Counted from the first letter of the stretch, positions 1 to 8,892 are shown. The stretch is DNA of 52,959 nt from an uncultured Devosiaceae bacterium (GCA_964572555.1 CAZNHG010000001.1:1-52959); one strand, 5' to 3'. Program-made: numbers and translations. Notes: generated by a model from the letters alone, not told the origin.

Positions 1-2
1 AG

Positions 3-347
3 GTGTTCATCCTGAACAACGAGTACATGGGCATGGTGCGCCAGTGGCAGGAGTTGCTGCATGGCGGGCGCTATTCGCACAGCTATTCGGAAAGCCTGCC
101 GGACTTCGTCAAGATGGCCGAGGCATTCGGGGGCAAGGGCATCCGGTGCACCGACCCCGGGCAGCTGGACGACGCGATCCAGGAGATGCTGGATTACGAT
201 GGGCCGGTTCTGTTCGATTGCTGCGTCTCCAAGGAAGAGAACTGCTTCCCCATGATCCCCTCGGGCAAGGCGCACAACGAGATGATCCTGCCGGACACGG
301 CGGACATCGGCGATATCATCGACGAAAAGGGCAAAATGCTCGTTTAG
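3..347 (+). CDS. ilvI: acetolactate synthase (AHAS) large subunit, C-terminal fragment; 5' end lies outside the window
   Basis: The ORF runs to the window edge. The C-terminal sequence NNEYMGMVRQWQELLHGGRYS...CFPMIPSGKAHNEMIL is typical of a ThDP-dependent AHAS large subunit. The small-subunit gene follows directly. Confidence 0.9.
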   Translation: MFILNNEYMGMVRQWQELLHGGRYSHSYSESLPDFVKMAEAFGGKGIRCTDPGQLDDAIQEMLDYDGPVLFDCCVSKEENCFPMIPSGKAHNEMILPDTADIGDIIDEKGKMLV

Positions 348-365
348 GGCGCGGGAGAAACGGAT

Positions 366-920
366 ATGAATGCAAATCTACAACCGAGTGGATCGGTTTA
401 TTTCACCCCGCCCGAGACGGACGCACCGGAAAGGCACACGCTGACGGTGCTCGTGGACAACGAGCCGGGGATCCTCGCCCGCATTGCGGGGTTGTTCTCG
501 GCGCGGGGCTTCAACATCGACAGCCTTACGGTCTCCGAGACCGAGCATGAGAAGGGGCTGAGCCGGATCACGGTCGTGACCGTCGCCAGCCCGCAGGTGC
601 TCCAGCAGATCAAGCTGCAGCTCGAGCGGCTCGTGCCGGTGCACAAGGTTCACGACCTGACGGCCGAGGGCAAGCCGCTGGAGCGCGAGCTGGCACTGGT
701 CAAGGTCGCCGGCGTCGGCGAGAACCGCGTCGAGACGTTGCGCCTGGCGGATGCTTTTCGCGCGCAGGTGGTCGATGCCTCGACGGAGAGCTTCGTGTTC
801 GAGATCACGGGCAAGGGCTCGAAGGTCGAGCAGTTCATCGCACTGATGATGCCCCTGGGGCTCGTGGAGGTGGTCCGCACGGGCATCGCCGCGATTTCGC
901 GCGGGCCGGAGGGGATGTAA
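366..920 (+). CDS. ilvH: acetolactate synthase small (regulatory) subunit
   Basis: 184 aa. ACT-domain start HTLTVLVDNEPGILARIAGLFSARGFNIDSLTV. GGGAGAAACGG RBS upstream of the ATG at 366. Sits immediately after ilvI. Confidence 0.9.
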   Translation: MNANLQPSGSVYFTPPETDAPERHTLTVLVDNEPGILARIAGLFSARGFNIDSLTVSETEHEKGLSRITVVTVASPQVLQQIKLQLERLVPVHKVHDLTAEGKPLERELALVKVAGVGENRVETLRLADAFRAQVVDASTESFVFEITGKGSKVEQFIALMMPLGLVEVVRTGIAAISRGPEGM

Positions 921-933
921 TCTCCGATCCGCT

Positions 934-973
934 TAGATCGTCGGGCGATTAATCCAAATCGCCCGACGATCTA
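934..973 (+). terminator. perfect 17-bp stem hairpin downstream of ilvH (TAGATCGTCGGGCGATT / AATCGCCCGACGATCTA, 6-nt loop)
   Basis: The inverted repeat was read directly. It is followed by GATTCTT, a weak U tract. It lies between the convergent ilvH and DHFR-family genes. Confidence 0.55.
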
Positions 974-1032
974 GATTCTTAGTGGTCGCGCCGGTTAAGC
1001 GAAAAACCGGAGTCCACTTTTTCGCCCGGCGC

Positions 1033-1569
1033 TCAGTCCGGCACGCGGGTATAGGCGAGCCGGACCACGCCGCCGTCGAGATGGCGGGCGTCCTCCAGGT
1101 GCAGGGGCGTTTGCGCCTCGGCGCCCGGCCACAACGGTATGCCGCTGCCGATGAGCACCGGCATGACGAATATTTGAAAGTGATCCATGGCGTTCCGCTC
1201 GAGGAACGCCGACTGGAGCTTTCCGCCTCCGGCAATCCACGCATCCTTGTCCGGCAGGGCCCGGAGATGCGAGACGAGCGCATCGATACTCTCGGTCCAG
1301 ACGGTTACGCGCGCTGGCGGATCGGGCAGGGGATGCGAGGTAACGACGATGCTGTCGTAGCCGGGGTAAACCCACTCCTCGACTTCGTTGCGCAACCAGT
1401 CATAGGTGCCGCGGCCCATGACCACGGTGCCGACATTGGCGATAAAGGCGTCGTAGCCGTAATCGCCGTAGTCTATGCTGCCATAGGTATCCAGCCAGTC
1501 GAGGCGCTCGTTGGCGTCGGCGATGAAGCCGTCGAGGCTGCTCGCGATGAATCCTGTGATCCGGGCCAT
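1033..1569 (-). CDS. dihydrofolate reductase family protein (RibD C-terminal domain type)
   Basis: 178 aa. MARITGFIASSLDGFIAD...VVMGRGTYDW...AWIAGGGKL pattern of the RibD_C/DHFR-like family. Confidence 0.8.
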   Translation of the reverse strand: MARITGFIASSLDGFIADANERLDWLDTYGSIDYGDYGYDAFIANVGTVVMGRGTYDWLRNEVEEWVYPGYDSIVVTSHPLPDPPARVTVWTESIDALVSHLRALPDKDAWIAGGGKLQSAFLERNAMDHFQIFVMPVLIGSGIPLWPGAEAQTPLHLEDARHLDGGVVRLAYTRVPD

Positions 1570-1777
1570 GAGCGTCTCCCGTGGACAACGATAAACGCCT
1601 GCTTATGAGTGCTGAGCGCCTTGTTGAGTCATGATGCAAGAGCACCGGAATCCCCGCAGTCCCGCGATGTCGGCGGTTCAAGGTCGATTCGCATCGCATA
1701 TGCAAGCTGATTGCGGAGCGGAACGAAAACCGGCTAAGAAAAACCAATAATAACAAAAAAGACTTGGGAAGGCGAAC

Positions 1778-2350
1778 ATGATGGCGCGGCGCAAGGAGAT
1801 ACCCGACGAGGAGGTGTTGGAGGCTGCGGGCCGCGTAATGGCTCGGTGCGGGCCGGTTCGGTTCACGCTGGCCCAGGCGGCGATAGAGAGTGGCGTGGCC
1901 GCCGCGACACTGGTACAGCGCTTCGGGGGAAAGCGGGGGCTGATCGTGCGGGCCTTCGAGCACGACAATGCACGATTTGCCGCGGCGCTGGCCTCCCAGC
2001 CGGTCACCACCGGGGCCGAGGGGATCACCGATCTGCTGGTCGGCTGGACCCGGGAGGTGGAGGACGGCGATGTGGCCTGCCTCGCGGAGCAGCTTCAATG
2101 GCTCGCCGAGGACACGCGCGACCCGACGTTACGGGCGTTGGCGGAAAAGAGGTTCGCGATGATGCGGGCGGCGATCCTGGCGCGTCTGCCGGAGACGCTG
2201 GACGCCCCGCATACGGCCGCGCGGCTGATCGAGGCGCACTGGCATGGAGCGACGGTCCGATGGGGAGTTGAACAGGACGGCAGTTTGGCGCAGAAAATGC
2301 GGGACGAACTGCAACCCCTCCTTGCCCTCGTCCTGGGCCCAGCCGGATAG
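1778..2350 (+). CDS. TetR/AcrR family transcriptional regulator
   Basis: 190 aa. N-terminal HTH region FTLAQAAIESGVAAATLVQRFGGKRGL. Divergent from the DHFR-family gene. Confidence 0.8.
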   Translation: MMARRKEIPDEEVLEAAGRVMARCGPVRFTLAQAAIESGVAAATLVQRFGGKRGLIVRAFEHDNARFAAALASQPVTTGAEGITDLLVGWTREVEDGDVACLAEQLQWLAEDTRDPTLRALAEKRFAMMRAAILARLPETLDAPHTAARLIEAHWHGATVRWGVEQDGSLAQKMRDELQPLLALVLGPAG

Positions 2351-2355
2351 CCGAC

Positions 2356-3129
2356 ATGACCAAACTCTCCGTCAATCTCAATGCCGTGGCGCAACTGCGT
2401 AACCGGCGCGATGTCGGCTGGCCGAGCGTGACCGGTATCGCACGCGTCGTGCTGGACGCCGGCGCCGACGGCATCACCGTGCATCCGCGCCCGGACGAAC
2501 GGCATATCCGGCGCACGGACGTCTACGAGTTGAACGCGCTGCTGCGGGAGAGCTATCCCGGCGTCGAATACAACATCGAGGGGTACCCGTCCGAGGATTT
2601 CCTCGAGCTCATCGAGGAGGTCCGGCCGGATCAGGTGACTTTCGTACCGGACGATCCGGCGCAGGCGACATCGGACCACGGCTGGGACGTCGCGGCGTCC
2701 GAGCCCCAGTTGCGTCCCGCGATCGCGCGCATGCAGGACGCGGGCGTTCGGGTGAGCCTGTTCATCGATGCCGATCCGAAAATGCCTGCCAGGGCCGCTG
2801 CCGTCGGGGCGGACCGGGTCGAACTCTATACGGGTCCCTATGGCGCAAACTTCAATGGGCCGAAGGGCGAAACGTATCTCGCGGCGTTATCGGAAACGGC
2901 CCGGGCGGCGCAGCAAGCGGCGCGGAATGGCGGCGCGGGCGGGCAGGGGCTCGGCATCAATGCCGGGCACGATCTCACGCTGGAGAACCTGCCGGCGTTC
3001 GTCGAGCGGGTGCACGGGGTGGACGAGGCGTCGATCGGGCACGGGATAACCGCGGATGCCCTCGTTCTAGGCTTCGCGGAGGCGGTGAAACGCTACAAGG
3101 CGATCCTGGCGCTCAACCGCGAGGATTGA
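2356..3129 (+). CDS. pdxJ: pyridoxine 5'-phosphate synthase
   Basis: 257 aa. LSVNLNAVAQLRNRR...ITVHPRPDERHI...NAGHDL motifs typical of PdxJ. Confidence 0.92.
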   Translation: MTKLSVNLNAVAQLRNRRDVGWPSVTGIARVVLDAGADGITVHPRPDERHIRRTDVYELNALLRESYPGVEYNIEGYPSEDFLELIEEVRPDQVTFVPDDPAQATSDHGWDVAASEPQLRPAIARMQDAGVRVSLFIDADPKMPARAAAVGADRVELYTGPYGANFNGPKGETYLAALSETARAAQQAARNGGAGGQGLGINAGHDLTLENLPAFVERVHGVDEASIGHGITADALVLGFAEAVKRYKAILALNRED

Positions 3130-3141
3130 CGGCACCTCATC

Positions 3142-3582
3142 TCACTGCGCGGCTTGCTGGCGGTCGAATTCGGCACGCGCCTGCTGAATGTCCCCCTTGT
3201 AGGTCTGGGCCCAGCGGCCGAGTTCGCGCACGGGGCACAGCAGTTTGCGGCCGAGGTCCGTCAAGGAATATTCCACCTTCGGCGGAACCGTGGGATGGAC
3301 AGTGCGTTCGACGAATCCGTCCCGCTCCAGATTGCGTAGCGTGGTGGTGAGCATCTTCTGGGAAATCGTCCCCAGCTCACGGCGCAACTCGGAAAAGCGC
3401 ATCGTGCCGTTTCCAAGCAGCGAAACCACCAGAACGCTCCATTTATCGCCGATCCGGCTCAGGATATCGCTCACCATGCCGCAGTCCTCGTTCACGGTGA
3501 AGCGCTTGTCCTGCTCCCGGTGAGGTTCGGGTTCCTCACTTACCTCGGGGTGGCCGGGTTTCGAAAAAGTGCCGTCTTGCAT
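3142..3582 (-). CDS. HxlR family transcriptional regulator
   Basis: 146 aa. C-x...IGDKWSVLVVSLL...MRFSELRREL..ISQKMLTTTLRNLERDGFVER...VEYSLTDLG winged-helix signature. Divergent from the FMN reductase gene. Confidence 0.85.
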   Translation of the reverse strand: MQDGTFSKPGHPEVSEEPEPHREQDKRFTVNEDCGMVSDILSRIGDKWSVLVVSLLGNGTMRFSELRRELGTISQKMLTTTLRNLERDGFVERTVHPTVPPKVEYSLTDLGRKLLCPVRELGRWAQTYKGDIQQARAEFDRQQAAQ

Positions 3583-3648
3583 GATCTGCCTCGGTATTCA
3601 TATGAACGTTGGTTACCAATGGATACCAGACTTGGAGGTCTAAAACAA

Positions 3649-4248
3649 ATGCTCAAAATCGCAGTCATCATCTCCAGCACGCGCGATACCCGTTTCGCCG
3701 ACAAGCCGGCCAAGTGGATCTTCGATCTCGCCAGCAAGCGCGACGATCTGGATGTCGAGCTGGTGGACCTGCGCGACTATGACCTGCCGTTCTTCAACGA
3801 GGCAGCGTCGAACCTCTGGATGCCCAGCGAGGACGATAACGCCAAGCGCTGGCAGAACAAGATCGCCGAGTACGACGGCTACATCTTCGTAACGGCCGAG
3901 TACAACCGCTCGATCACCGCGGCTCTGAAGAACGCGCTCGATCAGGCGTACAACGAGTGGAACCGCAAGCCGGCAGCCTATTTCGGCTATGGGTCGATGG
4001 GCGCGGCACGGGCCATCGAGCATCTGCGCGTGATGAACGTCGAACTTCAGATGGCCCCGATCCGGCAGGGCGTGCATATCGGCGGCTCGGACTTCTTCAA
4101 GGTTCATCCGCTCGGCGCCGACGAGCCGATCGAGGTGCTCAACGACATGCTCGAACCCGGTGCGAACACCATGCTCGAGGATCTGAGCTGGTGGGGCCAT
4201 GCGCTCAAGCAGGCCCGCGAGGAAGGCGTCGCGCTCGCGGCCGAATAG
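3649..4248 (+). CDS. NAD(P)H-dependent FMN reductase family oxidoreductase
   Basis: The track ORF starts at 3520. The ATG at 3649 has a GGAGG RBS at 3635-3639 and yields MLKIAVIISSTRDTRFADKPAKW..., the canonical FMN_red N-terminus. AEYNRSITAALKNALD motif is present. Confidence 0.85.
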   Translation: MLKIAVIISSTRDTRFADKPAKWIFDLASKRDDLDVELVDLRDYDLPFFNEAASNLWMPSEDDNAKRWQNKIAEYDGYIFVTAEYNRSITAALKNALDQAYNEWNRKPAAYFGYGSMGAARAIEHLRVMNVELQMAPIRQGVHIGGSDFFKVHPLGADEPIEVLNDMLEPGANTMLEDLSWWGHALKQAREEGVALAAE

Positions 4249-4270
4249 CCGGTTTCTCCTGCACGAACGG

Positions 4271-4305
4271 AAAGGGCCGCTGCACAGCGCGTGCAGCGGC
4301 CCTTT
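4271..4305. terminator. bidirectional rho-independent terminator (AAAGGGCCGCTGCAC-agcgc-GTGCAGCGGCCCTTT)
   Basis: Perfect 15-bp stem with T/A runs on both sides. It lies between the convergent FMN reductase and coiled-coil genes. Confidence 0.7.
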
Positions 4306-4351
4306 TCATGTGTTGGCACGCAGGGAGGCCGGCGGTGCCGCCGCGGACGCA

Positions 4352-4654
4352 TCAGTTCTTGCGGCTGACTTCGTCCTTGATCCGGCCCGCGGCCCGGCCC
4401 GTGCTGTCCTTGATCTCGGTTGCGGAGGTTGAAATCGCATCGAAGATGCCGCGGGCACGCTGTTCGATGTCGTTCGTCGCTTCGCTGCTGCTCTTCTCGA
4501 GCTCGGCGATCTGATCCTCGAATTTCTTGATCTTCTCGTCGGTCTTGAGGCGCGCTTCCCCTTCGAGACGCGTAGCCTCGGCCCGCAGCTTCTCGAGTTC
4601 GGCGCGCAGCCTTTCGGCCTGCTCCTGTGCGGTGCGCTTCTGGTTCTCGAACAT
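4352..4654 (-). CDS. hypothetical 100-aa charged coiled-coil protein
   Basis: Internal ATG of track ORF 4352..4996, preceded by an AAGGAG RBS 7 nt upstream. The sequence MFENQKRTAQEQAERLRAELEKLRAEATRLEGE... is a heptad-like E/K/R-rich helix. Terminator hairpins flank the gene. The longer ORF extension is R/P-rich junk. Confidence 0.6.
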   Translation of the reverse strand: MFENQKRTAQEQAERLRAELEKLRAEATRLEGEARLKTDEKIKKFEDQIAELEKSSSEATNDIEQRARGIFDAISTSATEIKDSTGRAAGRIKDEVSRKN

Positions 4655-4805
4655 GTAGCAACTCCTTGAGTATCTGGCCAATGTACGAAATCCATATTGG
4701 CGGCGAATGGGGTCGAAGTTTGCACAAACATTGGAAAAACAGTGATTTGCGTGCGCAAGAACTTGGAAAGCGGCCTCAAAGGCCAGTGACCGGGGAACCC
4801 AATAC

Positions 4806-4833
4806 TGAAAAGGCCGCCGGGAAACCGGCGGCC
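4806..4833 (-). terminator. rho-independent terminator of metA (GGCCGCCGG-gaaa-CCGGCGGCC followed by TTTTC on the minus strand)
   Basis: Perfect 9-bp GC stem 5 nt after the metA stop, with a U tract on the minus strand. Confidence 0.7.
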
Positions 4834-4838
4834 CTCGA

Positions 4839-5795
4839 TCAGGCGCTGATGTCCTGGGCCATGCCCGGGCCGGGGTCGGACGTGCCGATCCGCTCCATCT
4901 CGTAAGGCGTGGTCTGATAGATCTCGTTGATCCAGTTCTGGAAGAACAAATGGGCCGTCGCGCGCCAGGTGTTGAGCGGATGGCGCGCCGGATCATTGTT
5001 CGGATAATAGTTGACCGGCAGGGCCGGGTTGAGCCCCGCTTTTTCGTCTCTGTCGTACTCGTCTGCCAGCGAGCGGTTGTCGTACTCGAAGTGGTTGAGC
5101 ATGTACAAGGCCCGGTGCTTGTGGTCCTGGAGCATGCAGATGCCGACCTCGTCGCTGTCGATGAGCACCTCGAGCGAGCCGTCGCGCGGCAGGCTGTCGC
5201 GGTCGATGTCGTTGTACCGGCTTACCGGAATGGCGAAGTCGTCCGAAAAGCCCCGCAGGTAGGGTGATCCGGGCGCAATGTTCTGGTGGCGGTAGATGCC
5301 GACCGCCTTCTCTTCCCGCCGTTTCCGCTCGACGCCGTGAAAGTGATAGAGCGCCGCCTGCATGCCCCAGCAGATGAACAGCGGCGAATGCACGTGCGTC
5401 TGGGTCCAGTCGAGAATTTCGACCATCTCGCGCCAGTACAACACATCCTCGAACGGAAGGTGGGCGATTGGCGCGCCGGTGACGATGAATCCGTCGAACT
5501 TGCGGTGCCGGACGTCCTCCCACTTCTCGTAGAACGAGTTCAGATAGTCCTCCGAGGTATTCTTCGACTTGTGATCGGAGATACGGATGAGGGTGAGATC
5601 GATCTGTAGCGGCGTCGCGCCCACGAGGCGGGCGAACTGGGTTTCGGTGCGCTGCTTGTTGGGCATCAGGTTCAGCAGGCCGAACCTGAGGGGCCGGATA
5701 TCCTGGCCGGCAGCGCGGGATGAGTCCATCACGACCACGCCCTCGCGCTCGAGGATGGCGCGGGCGGGAAGATTGTCTGGTATGCGGATCGGCAT
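4839..5795 (-). CDS. metA: homoserine O-acyltransferase, MetA type (O-succinyl/O-acetyl)
   Basis: 318 aa. [11 protein letters not shown]...[18 protein letters not shown]...[10 protein letters not shown]...ICWG conserved MetA blocks. Confidence 0.92.
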   Translation of the reverse strand: MPIRIPDNLPARAILEREGVVVMDSSRAAGQDIRPLRFGLLNLMPNKQRTETQFARLVGATPLQIDLTLIRISDHKSKNTSEDYLNSFYEKWEDVRHRKFDGFIVTGAPIAHLPFEDVLYWREMVEILDWTQTHVHSPLFICWGMQAALYHFHGVERKRREEKAVGIYRHQNIAPGSPYLRGFSDDFAIPVSRYNDIDRDSLPRDGSLEVLIDSDEVGICMLQDHKHRALYMLNHFEYDNRSLADEYDRDEKAGLNPALPVNYYPNNDPARHPLNTWRATAHLFFQNWINEIYQTTPYEMERIGTSDPGPGMAQDISA

Positions 5796-5942
5796 TTCGT
5801 TTTACGTCTTTCCGATTGCCCGGACGCGCGCCGGCGGCCGGATACCGGCGGGCGCGCTGCCCGGATGGGTGCACAAGGATTGTCTCGATTGCAAATCCCT
5901 CACGGGCAGCGCGCCGCGCGCGCTCGTGGCCCCGCGAGGGCC

Positions 5943-6812
5943 TCACATGCTCTTGCGAGCCGCAATCGCCTTGCGCATGAGATCGATGAAGTCGCGTCCG
6001 TCCCTCAGGGTCGCGACTTCGCTGGCATCCACCGTGTAGCCATAGCGATCGGCCAGGGCCTGATAACGCGGCAGACGGTCATGGATCAGCTCCTCGAAGC
6101 CCCAGGCAGCGAACCGGGCGGGATCGACCTCGTCGTCGGCCTCGATCCCGTTGGTCCGCTTGTACTCGGTCCACTTCGCCACGAGAAAGTCGGGGTCGTA
6201 GTACATCGGCTTGGGCGCCTTGGTGAAGCGCCTGATGAGTTCGGCGGAGTCCTCTTCGCTCCCCCTGATGTAGATAAGCGTCGTGTGGCCCGTCAGGGTA
6301 GACAGAACCGGGTCCTCGGGGTCGTCCATGTCGAGGACCTCGATCAGCGACCCGCCGGTGTCGGCGACGAAATCGGTGTAGCCATAAAGCGCCTTGGCGC
6401 GCTCGATGAAGTAGGGTACGTCGCACAGGGCGGACACTTCCGCGAGGCGATGCTGTTCCTGCCGGCGTTGATATTCCTCGAACGGCAGCCCGTCGCGCTC
6501 GGTATCGCCGGGCGTGCCGAGATAGGTCGAGAGCGGCTCGAGATTGTCGAACGTGATGTTCGACGAGATGTAGATCGAGTCCGAGATCAGCAGGTCCCGC
6601 AGGAAGGGAACCTTCATGGCGTGGTACTTGAAGTTGTCGACGATGTACTCGCCCATGTGGCGCGTGCCGATCCGGTAGTCCACGGAAAAGTGGAACCAGT
6701 CGTTCTTGCGCAGGAGCGCCGCCAGCCGTGTCTTGCCCACGCCGGACATGCCGAACACGGTCACCGCGCGCTCGGGTGCGTTCGCGAACTGCTCTGGATC
6801 GTCGTACAGCAT
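5943..6812 (-). CDS. uncharacterised P-loop NTPase (shikimate-kinase-like N-terminus with a ~170 aa extension)
   Basis: 289 aa. Walker A FGMSGVGKTRLAALL followed by FSVDYRIG. No further family assignment is possible by eye. Confidence 0.7.
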   Translation of the reverse strand: MLYDDPEQFANAPERAVTVFGMSGVGKTRLAALLRKNDWFHFSVDYRIGTRHMGEYIVDNFKYHAMKVPFLRDLLISDSIYISSNITFDNLEPLSTYLGTPGDTERDGLPFEEYQRRQEQHRLAEVSALCDVPYFIERAKALYGYTDFVADTGGSLIEVLDMDDPEDPVLSTLTGHTTLIYIRGSEEDSAELIRRFTKAPKPMYYDPDFLVAKWTEYKRTNGIEADDEVDPARFAAWGFEELIHDRLPRYQALADRYGYTVDASEVATLRDGRDFIDLMRKAIAARKSM

Positions 6813-6880
6813 GGGCGTTAGAAACCTTTCGCGCCTGCTAACAGGCGTTTGCGAGGAATGCGTTTATCCGATGTGGCGGG

Positions 6881-6939
6881 GCGGCACAAGCGGCGTGCAG
6901 GGCGGCAGAAATTGCCCGAAGGCGGGTAAGACGTGCCGC
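6881..6939. promoter_or_regulatory. candidate enhancer (UAS) repeats for the flgE sigma54 promoter
   Basis: GCGGCAC (6881-6887), GCGGCAG-aaat-TGCC (6902-6916) and the inverted GTGCCGC (6933-6939). They lie 65-120 bp upstream of the -24 element. Confidence 0.3.
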
Positions 6940-7002
6940 GAAGGGGCGGAAAATTCCGACTAACAAACCGTTAAGATCGAGTAGTTTCAATATGTTATAG
7001 AG

Positions 7003-7019
7003 TTGGCACTCAACTTGCT
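7003..7019 (+). promoter_or_regulatory. sigma54 (RpoN) -24/-12 promoter of flgE
   Basis: TTGGCAC-tcaac-TTGCT is an exact match to TGGCAC-N5-TTGC. It lies 53 nt upstream of the flgE ATG. Confidence 0.75.
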
Positions 7020-7071
7020 ATCTCCTTTTGTGAATTGGCGCGTTTTGCGCCAGGGGCAAATGGAGAGTTGA

Positions 7072-8829
7072 ATGGGTATCTATGGGGCTCTTGCTACCGC
7101 AGTGACGGGGCTGTCGGCCCAGTCATTCGCGCTCGAGAACATCTCGGGCAACATCGCGAACTCGCAGACCACCGGCTACAAGCGCATGGAGACGACATTC
7201 GTCGATCTCATCCCGGACGCGCCGGTGAAGTCGCAGGTGCCGGGGGCCGTCATTGGCCAGTCGCGCAGCACGAACAGCGACAAGGGGGACATTGTCTCCT
7301 CGTCGTCGGACACCCACATGGCGCTGAACGGCTCCGGATTCTTCGTGGTCGAGGAGAAGATCGGCCAGAACGACGGCAACGCGGTGTTCGGCGGCGCGGA
7401 CTACTACACCCGCCGCGGCGACTTCGACGTGGACAAGGAAGGCTACCTGGTTAATGGCGCCGGATACTACCTCAAGGGCCTGCCGATCGACGCGTCGACC
7501 GGAAATGTCTCCGGCTCGGTGCCCGAGGTCATCCAGCTCTCGAACGACTTCCTGCCCGCCGAGCGGACCAACCGGGTCGACTACAAGCTGAACCTGCCGG
7601 AAATCCCGAAGAATGCCGGCTACGATCCGGCAAATCCGGGGAGCGAACTGATGTTCGCGCCGGACTACGCCAATGGTTCCGTGATCTCGGAGGCCGTCGC
7701 GACGGGGACGGGCGGCGGATATGCGGCAGGTGACACATGGGGGACGCACTTTGCCGACGGGGACACGTTGAGCCTGTCGGTCGACGGCCAGGAGGTTACC
7801 TTCGAAATCGACAACGACGGCAACACGACGACCGGCAACAACGTCATCGACGTGACCGATCCGAACTACGACGAGCTGGGCGAAATCCTTGGCCGCATGC
7901 AAACGGATATCCAGGCGCTGGGCGGCGACTTCTCGTCGGCGACTGTCGGGCTGAATGGCGGCAACGTGGAAATTGCACTGGGCACCGGTGCGACCTCCTC
8001 CATAACGGTCGGCGGCGATGGCGGTCCGGCCGCGTTGGGTCTCGCCCCGGGCATCTACCAACCCGACGTGACGCAGGTTTCGAGCATCCAGGCGAACGAG
8101 AACGACGAGTTCCTGTCGAACTCCATCGCGGGCGGTGCCGTGACCGTCTACGCATCCAACGGCTCGCCGGTCGACGTACAGTTGCGCTGGGCCAAGACGG
8201 ATAGTGCGGAAACAGGCGGCCAGGATACCTGGAACCTGTTCTACCTGTCGAACGGCAATGCGACCGGCTCGACGCCCATGTGGCAGAACACCGGACAGGA
8301 CTACATGTTCGACGCGGCCGGCTCGTTGACCCCCAACGTTTCCGAACTCAACCTGAGCAACCTCACGGTCAACGGCACCAATGTCGGCGATGTGACGCTG
8401 CGCCATAATACGGGTGGCGTGACGCAGTTCGCCGACCCCAACGGGACGGCGCAGGTGACCACGCTGACCCAGAACGGCTTCCCGGCGGGCGAGTTCGTGT
8501 CGGTGACGGTCAACGACTCGGGCCGCGTCGTGGCGAGCTACTCGAACGGCGAAAAGCTGGAGCTGGCGCAGGTGGTGGTGGCGAACTTCAATTCGCCGAA
8601 CGGGCTCAAGCGCATGGACGGCGGCCTGTTTTCGGCCACCTCGGAGTCCGGCGAGGCGGTGATCGAGAGCAATGCCAGTATCGTGGGCGGCTCGCTCGAA
8701 TCCTCGAACACCGACATCTCCGAGGAGTTCACCAAGCTGATCACCACGCAGCAGGCTTACGCGGCGGGTACGCGCATCGTCTCGACATCCGACGAGATGC
8801 TGCAGGAAGCCCTGAACATGCTGCGCTAG
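7072..8829 (+). CDS. flgE: flagellar hook protein FlgE
   Basis: 585 aa. N-terminal GLSAQSFALENISGNIANSQTTGYK and C-terminal SNTDISEEFTKLITTQQAYAAGTRIVSTSDEMLQEALNM are conserved flagellar axial-protein termini. GGAGAG RBS. Confidence 0.93.
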   Translation: MGIYGALATAVTGLSAQSFALENISGNIANSQTTGYKRMETTFVDLIPDAPVKSQVPGAVIGQSRSTNSDKGDIVSSSSDTHMALNGSGFFVVEEKIGQNDGNAVFGGADYYTRRGDFDVDKEGYLVNGAGYYLKGLPIDASTGNVSGSVPEVIQLSNDFLPAERTNRVDYKLNLPEIPKNAGYDPANPGSELMFAPDYANGSVISEAVATGTGGGYAAGDTWGTHFADGDTLSLSVDGQEVTFEIDNDGNTTTGNNVIDVTDPNYDELGEILGRMQTDIQALGGDFSSATVGLNGGNVEIALGTGATSSITVGGDGGPAALGLAPGIYQPDVTQVSSIQANENDEFLSNSIAGGAVTVYASNGSPVDVQLRWAKTDSAETGGQDTWNLFYLSNGNATGSTPMWQNTGQDYMFDAAGSLTPNVSELNLSNLTVNGTNVGDVTLRHNTGGVTQFADPNGTAQVTTLTQNGFPAGEFVSVTVNDSGRVVASYSNGEKLELAQVVVANFNSPNGLKRMDGGLFSATSESGEAVIESNASIVGGSLESSNTDISEEFTKLITTQQAYAAGTRIVSTSDEMLQEALNMLR

Positions 8830-8892
8830 GTGCAACGGTAACAAGGTGCCGGGCGGCATGACGTCCGGCGCCGATTGACCAGGGAGCCCAAT

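Noticed and set aside
3520-3648. N-terminal extensions offered by the ORF track for several genes: 3520, 8875, 12712, 24126, 25274, 30375, 32351, 37430, 38334, 46606, 47746 and 18282.
   Set aside because: The extensions use GTT/TTG/GTG or lack an RBS, and they add R/G-rich non-homologous residues. In each case an internal ATG or GTG with a Shine-Dalgarno sequence yields the canonical family N-terminus or a signal peptide.
7123-8859. 578-aa ORF antisense to flgE. The same applies to 8911..10866 antisense to flgK and 10715..11986 antisense to flgL.
   Set aside because: The translations are R/A/G/P/H-rich with no motifs. They exactly shadow genes with strong family signatures, which is the typical high-GC antisense ORF artefact.
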